Part shown: piece by piece, positions 52,840-63,372 of the stretch
Numbering within the stretch: the stretch's first letter is position 1
Layout: each line of letters starts with the position of its first letter
NCBI RefSeq assembly: GCF_006345805.1
Contig: NW_021833729.1
Location: 1-64,000, forward strand
Direction: 5' to 3'
DNA: 64,000 bases
Origin: Octopus sinensis
Taxonomy: Eukaryota
Translations under genes and position numbers: made by a program
The notes under the pieces: model-generated
Seen by the model: the letters and a program-made list of their open reading frames with translations, nothing else
Told to the model about the DNA's origin: nothing
The model's database searches: none

Positions 52840-53620
52840 GTATACACATATATACACATATTTATATACATATATATACACATATATACACATACACACA
52901 CACATACACACACACATATGACTGGAGAGTATCAAATAAAATTCCTTCAATGTTTGATTTATAATAGAATGAAATAAAATTGGATAGAAGGATTATACAA
53001 GGGTGCACTGAAAAGTCCCTGCTTTTAAGGGTATTGCAAACAGTCTGGTTGCAGGCCCAACTTTCTGAGTTCTTTTACAGGATATAGAAAACCTGAAGGT
53101 CATTGCAATAAATGTGTGAATCTGAGAAGGGAATATGTTCAATAAAATCATAATTAACTGATCTTCCTGTATTTTGTTTTTGGATTTGGTTTGCAAGATT
53201 CTTTATATGAGTTCGTGTGTTGAAGCATATTCTATTGTGTCTGGGGAGAGTCATTTTCTTTTTGTGCCTTATTATTTAACACACTCAACGGTAAAATTTT
53301 CACTTTTTTTCTTATTTTTATTGTCCTAAAATTTTCGTTGCGTCTTGCAACCTTTTCAATAGTCTTGAGAGTCAAAACTATTGAAGAGATTGCAAGACGC
53401 AACGAAAATTTTAGGACAATAAAAATAAGAAAAAAAAAGTAATGTCCCCAACCTTTTTGATCCCTAAGGGTTAATAAAGCAATATCATCATTATCATCAT
53501 TATTTTCCACCAAGGTCAATAAATTAAGCACCAGTCAAGTACCGGGGTTGATGTGATCAACTTACCCCTTATCCCAAAGTTTCAGGCCTTGTGCCTACAG
53601 CAGAATTATTATCATTATTG

Positions 53621-53673
<53 letters not shown>

Positions 53674-53683
53674 GTTATTATTA

Positions 53684-53739
<56 letters not shown>

Positions 53740-54640
53740 GAGTGAGAGAGCAGTGCATGCCATCAAAGTGACACTGGGGTGACACTAGGCTTCATATATT
53801 TTACCCCAGTGTCACAGGAAAAATTTCCACTTTTTTTTCTTATTTTTATTGTCCTAAAATTTTCGTTGCGTCTTGCAACCTTTTCAATAGTCTTGAGAGT
53901 CAAAACTATTGAAAAGGTTGCAAGACGCAACGAAAATTTTAGGACAATAAAAATAAGGAAAAAAAGTGGAAATTTTTCCTGTATTTTCTTTTACCCAAAC
54001 CAGTAACTTTTCAGCACCCTCTCATAAAGTGAACACTTACCAAAGTTAGTAGTGTATTAGCAACTTCTTGGTGACCATGAATAACTGCAAAATGTAATGC
54101 AGTAAAACCATCTTCCGTTTTAATATCAACAATGTCTTTGCATTTTTGCAGAATCCTTTCCGTTGCACTGAAGAATAATGGAAAAAAAAATGAAGACAAA
54201 CATATTATTGGTTTGAAATTTTTGAACAAAATGAGCACTTTTAGGGGAGGGGCAAATTGATTACATCATCCCCAGTACTTGACTGATACTTAATTTATTG
54301 ACCTGTAAAGGAGGAAAGGAAATGTGAACCTTGGAGAAATTTGAACACAAAATGTAAAGATGGACAAAATGCCACCAAGCCTATTAACGATTCTGCCAGC
54401 TCAATGCCTTCAAGACAGAAGTATTAGTACAATGAGAATTTAATGCCAACATATCTGCTCTATGGATTCATAACAAGTTTACAAGAAATATATGTGGTGA
54501 GAAAGATATACAACCAGACCGACTTAGTGTTATTGTATTTAATGAAAGGAGCATTAGTAAGTTCGTTAGAAATACAAATGATCTGAGACACCCACTCACA
54601 CACACACTCACACACACATACACACACATGCATGTATATG

Positions 54641-54682
<42 letters not shown>

Positions 54683-56141
54683 ATCCAAACAAGAAAGCAC
54701 AAAAAAACTCAACAACGCAAGGACGTGGAACAAATATAGTATTATTGGACGCTCAGGAAAGAAGGGAAGAAGGAGGGTTTAACGTTTCGAGTGGAGCTCT
54801 TCGTCGGAAACATAGGAGAAGGGAAGACAGAGGAAAAAAACTCGCCAACGGTACACACGAGGTCACATTTTGCATTTATGGATAGGGGTAGGGATCCACC
54901 AAGGACCAGTCCTCAGCCCCCTCTTATTCATCATAGTCCTCCAGGCAATAACAGAGGAATTACAGACAGGATGCCCCTGGGACCTTCTCTATGCTGATTA
55001 CATTGCCCTAATAGCTGAGTCACTATCAGAACTAGAGGACAAGTTGCAGGTGTGGAAGCAAGGTCTAGAATCAAAGGGCCTTAGAGTCAACCTAGCTAAA
55101 ACCAAAGTCTTAATAAGTAGGAAGGCAGACAAACCACGAATCTCTTCAGGTAGATGATCCTGCACGATCTATAGAAAAGGCATAGGTAGATTCAGGGATG
55201 ACATAGAGGTAGCTGATATTGCACTGTGTCTTTACTCAGTCTGCTAGAAATAGCCACTAAAACTCCTTTGAATTCAATCCTACCGTCTTATTTGAGAAAA
55301 AGCGCAGGAGTGGCTGTGTGGTAAGTAGCTTGCTAACCAACCACATGGTTGCGGGTTCAGTCCCACTGCGTGGCATCTTGGGCAAGTGTCTTTTACTATA
55401 GCCCCGGGCCGACCAATGCCTTGTGAGTGGATTTGGTAGACGGAAACTGAAAGAAGCCTGTCGTATATATGTATATATATATTATGTTGTGTGTGTTGTG
55501 TCCTGTGTTTTTGTCCCCCTAGCATTGCTTGACAACCGATGCTGGTGTGTTTACGTCCCCGTCACTTAGCGGTTCGGCAAAAGAGACCGATAGAATAAGT
55601 ACTGGGCTTACAAAGAATATGTCCCGGGGTCGATTTGCTCGACTAAAGGCGGTACTCCAGCATGGCCGCAGTCAAATGACTGAAACAAGTAAAAGAGTAA
55701 AAGAGAGAGTAAAGAGTTATTGGAAAAACATAACCTTGAATAGAACATGCCTGAAATCAGATAGGTTGAGGATTTGCAATGGCTGGAATACTTTTGATCT
55801 TAAGTTTACTTACTGAGGGCTGACCTGAAAATAAGCTAAAGGTAAGAATGACACACTAGATAATGTAGCCTTAAATATCCTATATCTGGAATATTTTTGA
55901 TATGGTGTGCTCAATGTGGTTAATCAGTGACAACAACAAAACTAAATGAAAATAGTCACTTACTAATTATTTCCCTTGATTGCGGCTTGGTGTAATGCAT
56001 TATAGCCAAAGTGGTCACGGGTCGTGAAATCAATGTCGGGATTATTGATCAGCCTATCAATGATTTTCTCATCGCCTTCACAGATAGCATCATGTATGTC
56101 AGTGTTCTCAAAGAAATCCTAATAATAACAATAATAATAAC

Positions 56142-56185
<44 letters not shown>

Positions 56186-56214
56186 TGATAATAATAATAA
56201 TAATAATAATGATG

Positions 56215-56247
<33 letters not shown>

Positions 56248-56986
56248 TGCCCTGATGCACTACCAGGCAGTGGCTCTCATGGCTTCTGATCTTAACTGAT
56301 TGGAAGTGTTATCATGTACATTGTTTTGTCTTGGTATAAAAGATGGGCTACAGCAAATATTCTGCTCAATACCACAGAATTGCTTGTCAGTTGTTTGACC
56401 TTAACCAGTTGAGCATGTCCCTTAGTGGCTGACGATATGTGCATCTCTGATCACGAGCAGAAGTAGTGGGGGAGCATCATGGCCATGTGTTGAGGGGGAT
56501 TCTTTGGGGTTTGAATAATTCACCTCTGGAAACATGGGTGGTTTTTTCAACATCCTTAAACAACCCTTATTCAGGGACCTTTTGAGCGGGATGGGCTACT
56601 CAACCTGAAGAAAATTCTAACTGGGCCCCACCTGCAAGGTCATGTGCTGTTTATCTTGATATGAGATCACCATGTCGCGCACATATGGTTGTGATGCATG
56701 TGCCTGGTGTACCTTTATCAGACGGGTAGTCATGATGGGTATATTGGGCTTCGTATATTTTACCCCAGTGTCACTTTGATGGCATGAACTGCTCTCTCAC
56801 TCAATAATAATAATATAATAATAATAATAATATATAATAATAATAATAATACATATAATAATAATGATGATAATAATAATAATATAATAATAATAATATA
56901 ATAATAATGATAATGATAATGATGATAATAATAATAATAATAACAATAATAATAACAATAATAATAATAATGATAATGATAATAAC

Positions 56987-57021
<35 letters not shown>

Positions 57022-57040
57022 TGATAATAATAATAATAAC

Positions 57041-57087
<47 letters not shown>

Positions 57088-57119
57088 TGATGATAATAAT
57101 AATAATAATAATAATGATG

Positions 57120-57166
<47 letters not shown>

Positions 57167-57199
57167 GATAATAATAATAATAATAACAATAATAATAAC

Positions 57200-57240
<41 letters not shown>

Positions 57241-57288
57241 TGATAATAATAATAATATGATGATAATAATAATAATAATAAAATGATG

Positions 57289-57324
<36 letters not shown>

Positions 57325-57397
57325 TAATATGATAATGATAATAATAATGATGATACTAATAATAATATAATAATAATATAATAATAATGATAATAAT

Positions 57398-57456
<59 letters not shown>

Positions 57457-57752
57457 TATTATTATAATAATAATAAATGTCAGAAATTCAAAAGATAGTG
57501 CCCTTGGGAACTGCTCATATCCTACGCAAAATACTTTCTATGTAATCTCAAGGTTTAAAACAAACATAATTTTCGTTCTTTTCTTTCTTTCTCTTTTTTT
57601 TTCAGATATTCACTAGTACAACACCAAAAAAAAACCCCAAATATATGGCACTCTAGGCATGAACAACATGAACTTCCAAACAGGTGTCTCCTGAGGTCTC
57701 TGGGTGAGACTTGGAGCCAACTTGTACAAATATAAAGCAAAAGTCAAACATA

Positions 57753-57825
<73 letters not shown>

Positions 57826-58115
57826 GGAAACATGGGTACATGGGTGGTTCGTTCAACATCCTTAAACAATCCTTATTCAAGAACCTTTTGAGCAGGATGG
57901 ACTACTCGACCAGAAGAAAATTCTAACTGGGCCCCATCTGCAAGGCTATGCACTATTTAACCTGATATGAGATCCCCATGATATGAAATCATCACATATG
58001 GTTGTGGTGCATGTGCCCAGTGTACCCTTATCAGACGGGTAGTCATAATGGGTATACAAGGCTTCATATATTTTACCCCAGTGTCACTTTGATGGCATGC
58101 ACTGCTCTCTCACTC

Positions 58116-58150
<35 letters not shown>

Positions 58151-58961
58151 TAATGATAATAATTCTGCTGTAGGCACAAGGCCTGAAACTTTGGGATAAG
58201 GGGTAAGTTGATCACATCAACCCCGGTACTTGACTGGTGCTTAATTTATTGACCTTGGTGGAAAATAATGATGATAATGATATTGCTTTATTAACCCTTA
58301 GGGATTAAAAAGGTTGGGGACATTACAGGATGGTACAGTGTAGGATTAGAAAGAGGGGTGTGTAAAAACAACAGTAAAGAAAAGTTTCAAAAATGACTAA
58401 TTCCCCAAAACAGGGAGACTTTCTATGGCTGTTCCCTAATACCCCACCAACCTACGATCACCCAGACCACGAGGACAAGTGCTCCCTCCTCATCCTCCAT
58501 TCTCAGACTATACGTACATACTAAGAGCAGGTCCGAGTGAATGGACCGGCACTTGCTTCTCTACTCTCACATTCCTTTTCAAGTGAAACTTCAGAATTTT
58601 AATGTGGGCCTGTAATGCGTGCATGACTGGTATTTAATTTGTCGATCCCAGGAGGATGAAAGGCAAAGTCAATCTCAATGAGATTTGAGCTCAGAACACA
58701 TAGACAGATGAAATACGACAAAGGATTTTGCCTGATGTGTTACTGATTCTGCAAGCTCGCTGCCTTTTTTTCTCATGATACTACTACTACTATGAACAGT
58801 AATACTACTACTTCTACTACTACTACTACTACTACCACTACTACTATGAACAGTAATACTACTACTTCTACTACTACTACTACTACTACCACTACTACTA
58901 TGAACAGTACTACTACTACTTCTACAACTACTACTACTACTACCACTACTACTATGAACAG

Positions 58962-58993
<32 letters not shown>

Positions 58994-60060
58994 AGAAGAA
59001 GAAGAAGAAGAAGAAAAAGAAGAAGAAGAGAAGTTAATGCAATGAGCGTTTGAGATGCCAGATATATCGGTGTGAAGGCGGCGAGCTGGCAGAATCGTTA
59101 GCACGCCGGGCTAAATGCTTAGCGGTGTTTCGTCTGCCGCTACGTTCAGAGTTCAAATCCCGCCGAGGTCGACTTTGCTTTTCATCCTTTCAGAGTCGAT
59201 TAAATAAGTACCAGTTACACACTGTGGTCGATATAATTGACTTAATCCATTTGTTGTTTGTCCCCTCTATGTGTAACCCCATGTGGGCATTAAAGAAATA
59301 AGATATATCGATGTGAACTTACTTCTTCAAGAAGCTTTTTCTTGAATTCTTGAAAATGCATCGTTTTGTCTTCAGCAGCTGTGGAGTTGAAGGCTGTTCG
59401 AAAGCACTGTTGTGTCATGTAATCCATTGATTCTATGAAAGGTAAATTCAATGTGAAAATTAATCAGAATAAGAGAAAATGTTTCCAGTACAGCCCCAGC
59501 AAAATTTCTGAGATCAAAATCAAAACCAGGATAAGATATTAAAACTATTCTGTGTGTGTGTGTGTGTGTGTGGTGTGTGTGTGTGTGTGTGTGTTGTGTG
59601 TGTGTGTGTGTGTGTATGTGTGTTTGTGTGGGGGGGGGCTCAGCAAAATGTTTTTACATTAAGAATTATCACTTATCACACACACAGCTTAATGGTTAAA
59701 ATGCACATTCTCATCTACATAATTTCAATTTTAGTCCCACTGCAGGGCAATTTAGACATTTGGATGGTGGCATTTGAAGACAGAAACCAAAAGAAGTCCA
59801 CAAGATATAAAGAGAAATGCCAAAGGAATCTTGCTGATACATCCAGCCCAAACTTTCCAAATAACAATCATTCGGTTTACACATGTGGTTGGATGAGAGT
59901 AAAATTGGTAAAACTTACTAAAGTTATCTTCAATGTCATCTATAGGATTTGACACCTTTTTGCAGCATTCAGAGTTGAGTAAACACAATTTACCAGATAC
60001 CAAAACTACTAAAGTACCAGTTGGTAACGCTAGTTGTACTTCAGCAATATTACCTAATAT
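45227..60060 (-). CDS. MIB2: MIB2-like (mind bomb family) E3 ubiquitin ligase, 3' portion; join of 8 exons, 5' exons not found in window
   Basis: Exons 59919-60060, 59323-59432, 55964-56118, 54041-54167, 49941-50150, 48612-48784, 47440-47639 and 45227-45447 (or -45408). All have AG acceptors and GTAAG donors, with matching phases 1,0,2,0,0,2,1. The translation gives a MIB repeat end, then ankyrin repeats (DGFTALHFAV, DGNTCLHFAI), then two C3HC4 RINGs ending CHVCRKPIQKKLNLF*. This order is that of MIB1/MIB2; two RINGs and ATERIL..VDIKTEDGFTALH favour MIB2-like. Orthology is not verified. Confidence 0.85.
45716..45845 (-). pseudogene. Degenerate duplicate of the first-RING exon
   Basis: Minus strand reads ...ILFQPCSHMLICDSCSKKVPFKKCLSL*, paralogous to ILFQPCSHVLICDNCNKIIPIENCLQC. 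A 10-nt deletion (TGCTTG^AGCCTATAG) shifts the frame, and the first CxxC is lost. Confidence 0.75.
46189..46598 (-). mobile_element. SINE family A (intronic)
   Basis: Full copy. Confidence 0.85.
47440..47639 (-). CDS. MIB2: MIB2-like RING finger exon (first RING)
   Basis: tttttccatAG|CACAAC...AATTC|GTAAGC; 200 nt; CLLC..PCSH..CDNC..CLQC is a C3HC4 RING. Confidence 0.9.
47714..48017 (-). mobile_element. tRNA-derived SINE with 11-bp TSD
   Basis: Head GTGAGGGCGCGTGGCTTAGTGGTTAGGGC..GAGTTCGATTCCCGG, core GTTGTGTCCTTGAGCAAGACAC; TSD ACTAACTAAAT at 47703-47713 and 48018-48028. Confidence 0.8.
48612..48784 (-). CDS. MIB2: MIB2-like last ankyrin exon
   Basis: cttgtacAG|ATTAGC...ATGTT|GTAAGT; 173 nt; ISIHLGLGGDELPWEVIAGYLVQKGADIYHRNHQNVMPLDITCDQSSIEKLVKLASM. 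Confidence 0.85.
48880..49285 (+). mobile_element. SINE family A (intronic)
   Basis: Near-full copy, preceded by three tandem copies of AATTGTTAGAATAAAACCAA. Confidence 0.85.
49618..49845. mobile_element. piggyBac-type MITE
   Basis: TTAA|CCCTTTAG ... CTAAAGGG|TTAA: TTAA TSD with CCC/GGG termini. Confidence 0.7.
49941..50150 (-). CDS. MIB2: MIB2-like ankyrin exon
   Basis: ttcttctAG|GGAGAG...GAAGAC|GTAAGT; 210 nt; GEAQVDIRNHFELTPFLLATSGDHIGLIELLLTNGADINAEDKDGNTCLHFAISKQ... Confidence 0.9.
51065..51905 (+). mobile_element. RTE-clade LINE RT fragment interrupted by SINE-B (~51530-51700)
   Basis: EFRVQGGVYQGSVLSP, GCPWEHLYADDLALIAES, GFRVNLVK; frameshifted. Confidence 0.8.
52016..52415. repeat. 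Nested fold-back palindrome
   Basis: Outer arms ~52016-52165 and 52270-52415; inner arms GTTAATTTCTTTAAATTTTCGA and TCGAAAATTTAAAGAAATTAAC. Confidence 0.85.
52433..52726. repeat. MITE-like inverted repeat
   Basis: ~100-nt imperfect arms (GCAGCAT.GA.GGTGTTTATAAGCCATTT ... AAATGGCTTATAAACACC.TC.ATGCTGC). Confidence 0.75.
53293..53980. repeat. Two copies of a ~150-bp palindrome (53293-53440, 53816-53980) flanking an inverted copy of 58075-58326
   Basis: Each copy: TTATTTTTATTGTCCTAAAATTTTCGTTGCGTCTTGCAACC..TCAATAGT / ACTATTGA..TTGCAAGACGCAACGAAAATTTTAGGACAATAAAAATAA. Confidence 0.85.
54041..54167 (-). CDS. MIB2: MIB2-like ankyrin exon
   Basis: ttcttcAG|TGCAACG...ACTTTG|GTAAGT; 127 nt; ATERILQKCKDIVDIKTEDGFTALHFAVIHGHQEVANTLLTL. 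Confidence 0.9.
54860..55185 (+). mobile_element. RTE-clade LINE RT fragment
   Basis: VGIHQGPVLSPLLFIIVLQAITEELQTGCPWDLLYADYIALIAES..GLRVNLAKTK. Confidence 0.85.
55301..55712 (+). mobile_element. SINE family A (intronic)
   Basis: Full copy. Confidence 0.85.
55964..56118 (-). CDS. MIB2: MIB2-like ankyrin exon
   Basis: ttattAG|GATTTC...AATTA|GTAAGT; 155 nt; DFFENTDIHDAICEGDEKIIDRLINNPDIDFTTRDHFGYNALHQAAIKGNN; the phase 2 end (TA) is completed by the next exon's T to give Tyr. Confidence 0.85.
56805..57825. repeat. (TAA)n/(TGA)n microsatellite field
   Basis: Directly visible; interrupted at 57476-57752. Confidence 0.95.
57476..57752 (+). mobile_element. 3' tip of an R4/Dong-type LINE inside (TAA)n
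   Basis: MSEIQKIVPLGTAHILRKILSM* resembles the REL C-terminus (compare LQKTALLGTAGIFQKV at ~33.2 kb), followed by a 3' UTR and (AAT)n. Confidence 0.65.
59077..59301 (+). mobile_element. SINE family B (intronic)
   Basis: Full monomer. Confidence 0.85.
59323..59432 (-). CDS. MIB2: MIB2-like exon: linker before ankyrin array
   Basis: cctttcatAG|AATCAATG...GAAGAA|GTAAGT; 110 nt, phase 1 in and 0 out, open frame (K)SMDYMTQQCFRTAFNSTAAEDKTMHFQEFKKKLLEE. Support is splice signals and phase fit; homology is weak. Confidence 0.6.
59919..60060 (-). CDS. MIB2: MIB2-like exon: end of second MIB/REP (SH3-like) repeat
   Basis: ttttgtttgtAG|ATATTAGG...TTTA|GTAAGT; 142 nt; ILGNIAEVQLALPTGTLVVLVSGKLCLLNSECCKKVSNPIDDIEDNF resembles the LG.(V)G.V....DG.L.V.V.G..W..NP.C pattern of MIB repeats. 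Confidence 0.75.
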
Positions 60061-60542
60061 CTACAAACAAAATAAATATATAAAGGTAAAATATGGTCAA
60101 TAAGTGAAAATATAGCAACAGATTACCTGGAAAATCCCAGTTTAAATTAAAAGTAGACATACCTCTCTCTTTTTTCTTTTTCTTCCTCTTTGTATCTATA
60201 ATTAGTGAACTATGAGAGAAAATGACTGTAGTGACGCCATTTTGGAAGTCTTCAGCACGCATGTGCAGAGTTGGATTTCTTCAGGGAGGCCGCCGGGAGT
60301 TTCCTCATGCGCATGCGCAGAGAACTAGCAACAGCAAGCTTTCCCACTGTATCGATCTCTCACGAAGCTGACACCGAATTGAACGGACACGTCCTCATAG
60401 CTCTCCCAAGCAAGCCAACACGTGGCGGAGCTACACTACGCTGGAACGAGACAGCATTTGGCTCACACCATTTTAACTACTGTGACTAGCTCCCATGGCT
60501 ACCGGTTCGCCCTGAAGGAAATATATGTATATATATTGTATA

Positions 60543-60713
60543 GGCGTAGGAGTGGCTGTGTGGTAAGTAGCTTGCTTACCAACCACATGGTTCCGGGTTC
60601 AGTCCCACTGCGTGGCACCTTGGGTAAGTGTCTTCTACTATAGCCTCAGGCCGACCAAAGCCTTGTGAGTGGATTTGGTAGACGGAAACTGAAAGAAGCC
60701 TGTCGTATATATG

Positions 60714-60744
<31 letters not shown>

Positions 60745-60998
60745 ATGTGTGTGTGTGTGTGTACGTGTGTGTATATGTTTGTGCGTCTGTGTTTTTCCCC
60801 CAGCATCACTTGACAACCGATGCCGATGTGTTTACGTCCACACAACTTAGCAGTTCGGCAAAAGTAACCGAGAGAATAAGTACTAGGCTTACAAAAGAAT
60901 AAGTCCCGGGGTCGATTTGCTCGACTAAAGGTGGTGCTCCAGCATGGCCTCAGTCAAATGACTGAAACAAGTAAAAGAGTAAAAAAAAAAAAAGAGTA
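60543..60998 (+). mobile_element. SINE family A
   Basis: Full copy. Confidence 0.85.
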
Positions 60999-62183
60999 TA
61001 TTATTGCGAATCCAGAAAAATAAATATTCGAAGTCTTGGTTTTTCCTTCGACAAATAATTTAAGGTAACGGGATGAGACCTGCACCCCTCAAGTATTCGA
61101 GACCTTTCATCCTTGTTACATGACTTTCTCTTCCTAGTTTGACATACATATGTTGTCATGTTACTTCTCTTCAACAATTGTTTGAACTGTTGGATGCGTA
61201 AACCTCAGATTTATAATCTGACAGGCTTTTCATAAAATATGTCCACTCTGACCTAGATATTCACTAACAACTTTTATAAACAAAAACATTCTGAAATTCA
61301 TGCATACCTACCAACATATATACCTGTATGAATACATACATACATACATACCTATGTACACACATACATATATACATTCAATCATACATATATACATACA
61401 TGTTATATAGATATATATATATATATATATTATATAATAGATGTGTGTGTGTTTGTATGAATATATTATATATATATATGTATGTATGTATGTTATGTAT
61501 GTATGTATGTATATATATATATGTATATATATGTGTGTGTGTATATATATACCTATGTATATGTGTATATATATATATGTATGTATGTATATATCTATCT
61601 ATAAATATATATATACGAGCAAAACGCCCCCTCCCCGTCCAATGGACGGTGCTGACTTGTCAAACATTTAAACCAAATTTTCTCAAAACAACTTGTTCGA
61701 CCGTCCCATAGGCTTCCCCTTTGAGAAACACCAACCAATTCAACCTAAATTTGAGACACCAGCGAAAGAAAATATAAAGATAGACTTTCCAAAGAAAAAC
61801 GATTTTATTCACACAAATATGCAACCGAAGAGTTTAAAGTACCAGTAATGATAAGGCTGTTGACTGGGAGAACACAAACATGGTTTAAACAGGAAAGAAA
61901 CATGCCTTTAAGCAGTGCAAAAACAACAAAAAAATGGAATGTGCAGTTATGTACAGGTTGATGGAAGAAAAGCAGGACAAAAACGGCTTTATCGATCGCA
62001 TTCTCACCTGGAATCGATTTGTGTAATCTTTTCAAGACTTATATACGGCCTGATACCGTCGGTATCTACATATCAAAATTGAGTGCAATCGGATGGAGGA
62101 TGCCCGAGATCCTAGAAGATACACAGACAGACAGAACGGATTTTATATAATATATGTGTGTGTGTGTGTGTGTATGTATTAAT

Positions 62184-62561
62184 CTTTACTCTCTTTTACT
62201 CTTTTACTTGTTTCAGTCATTTGACTGTGGCCATGCTGGAGCACCGCCTTTAGTCGAACAAATCGACCCCAGGAGTCTTTTGCCGAACCGCTAAGTGACG
62301 GCGACGTAAACACACCAGCATCGGTTGTCAAGCAATGCTAAAGGGAGAAACACAGACACACAAACATACACACACACATATATATATGTATGCATCTATA
62401 CAACAGGCTTCTTTCAGTTTCCGTCTACCAAATCCACTCACAAGGCATTGGTCGGCCCGAGGCTATAGTAGAAAACACTTGCCCAGCATGCCACGCAGTG
62501 GGACTGAACCCGGAACCATGTGGTTGGTAAGCAAGCTACTTACCACATAGTCACTCCTGCG

Positions 62562-62563
<2 letters not shown>
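62184..62563 (-). mobile_element. SINE family A
   Basis: Near-full copy with an internal deletion. Confidence 0.85.
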
Positions 62564-62610
<47 letters not shown>

Positions 62611-62629
62611 GTATATATATATATATATA

Positions 62630-62835
62630 TGGCAGAATCATTAGCACGCTGGGTGAAATGCTTAGTGGTATTTCATCTGCTGTTATGTTCGAAGTTCAAA
62701 TTCCGCTAAGATCGACTTTGCCTTTCATCCTTTCGGGGTCGATTAAATAAGTCCCAGTTATGCACTGGGATCAATGTAATTGACTTAATCCCTTTGTCTG
62801 TCCTTGTCTGTCCCCTCTATGTTTAGCATCCTGTG
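62630..62835 (+). mobile_element. SINE family B, diverged
   Basis: GGCAGAATCATTAGCACGC..GAAGTTCAAATTCCGC..GCCTTTCATCCTTTCGGGGTCG. Confidence 0.8.
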
Positions 62836-63210
62836 AGCAATGAAATGCGAAGTAGATGAAACAGGGGCAACTGAAGAAGGGGAATATTCCTTGTGTTGTA
62901 TGTCTTGTATTCTGTTCTTTCATTGTTTAAAACATAGTTCGTTTCCATGTCTTTGTTTTTATGTTTTCGTTTCTCATTGTGTTCAACGTTTTTTTGATAT
63001 CCTGTACCCATATATGCATGTATATATACATATAGATGTAGGTATGTACATATATGTATGTATATATGCATATATTTATATATTATTGTATTATTATATG
63101 ATTGAATGCCAGCATCCTTTTCTAAGTAAGTTTTTATCTATCTCTCTCTATCTCTCTCTCTCTCTCCTCTCTATATATAATATATAATATATAATTATAT
63201 ATATATTATA

Positions 63211-63355
<145 letters not shown>

Positions 63356-63372
63356 GTTGTGTGTGTGTGTAT

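Noticed and set aside
52995-54025. Possible mariner TIR pair (TACAAGGGTGCACTGAAAAGT / ACTTTTCAGCACCCT)
   Set aside because: The match is short and imperfect and the interior is a patchwork of other repeats; a single element cannot be supported.
58500-58620. ALQAHIKILKFHLKRNVRVEKQ looked like a missing ankyrin exon
   Set aside because: It matches the LINE remnant at ~18640-18700 (KYHLKRKMRIERE), lacks splice sites and runs into a stop.
61100-61300. Possible upstream MIB exon (SEWTYFMKS)
   Set aside because: No convincing donor or phase fit and only a superficial motif match.
61615-62150. Possible additional Helitron-like element
   Set aside because: The terminus reads CGAG rather than CTAG and no second copy was seen; unsupported.
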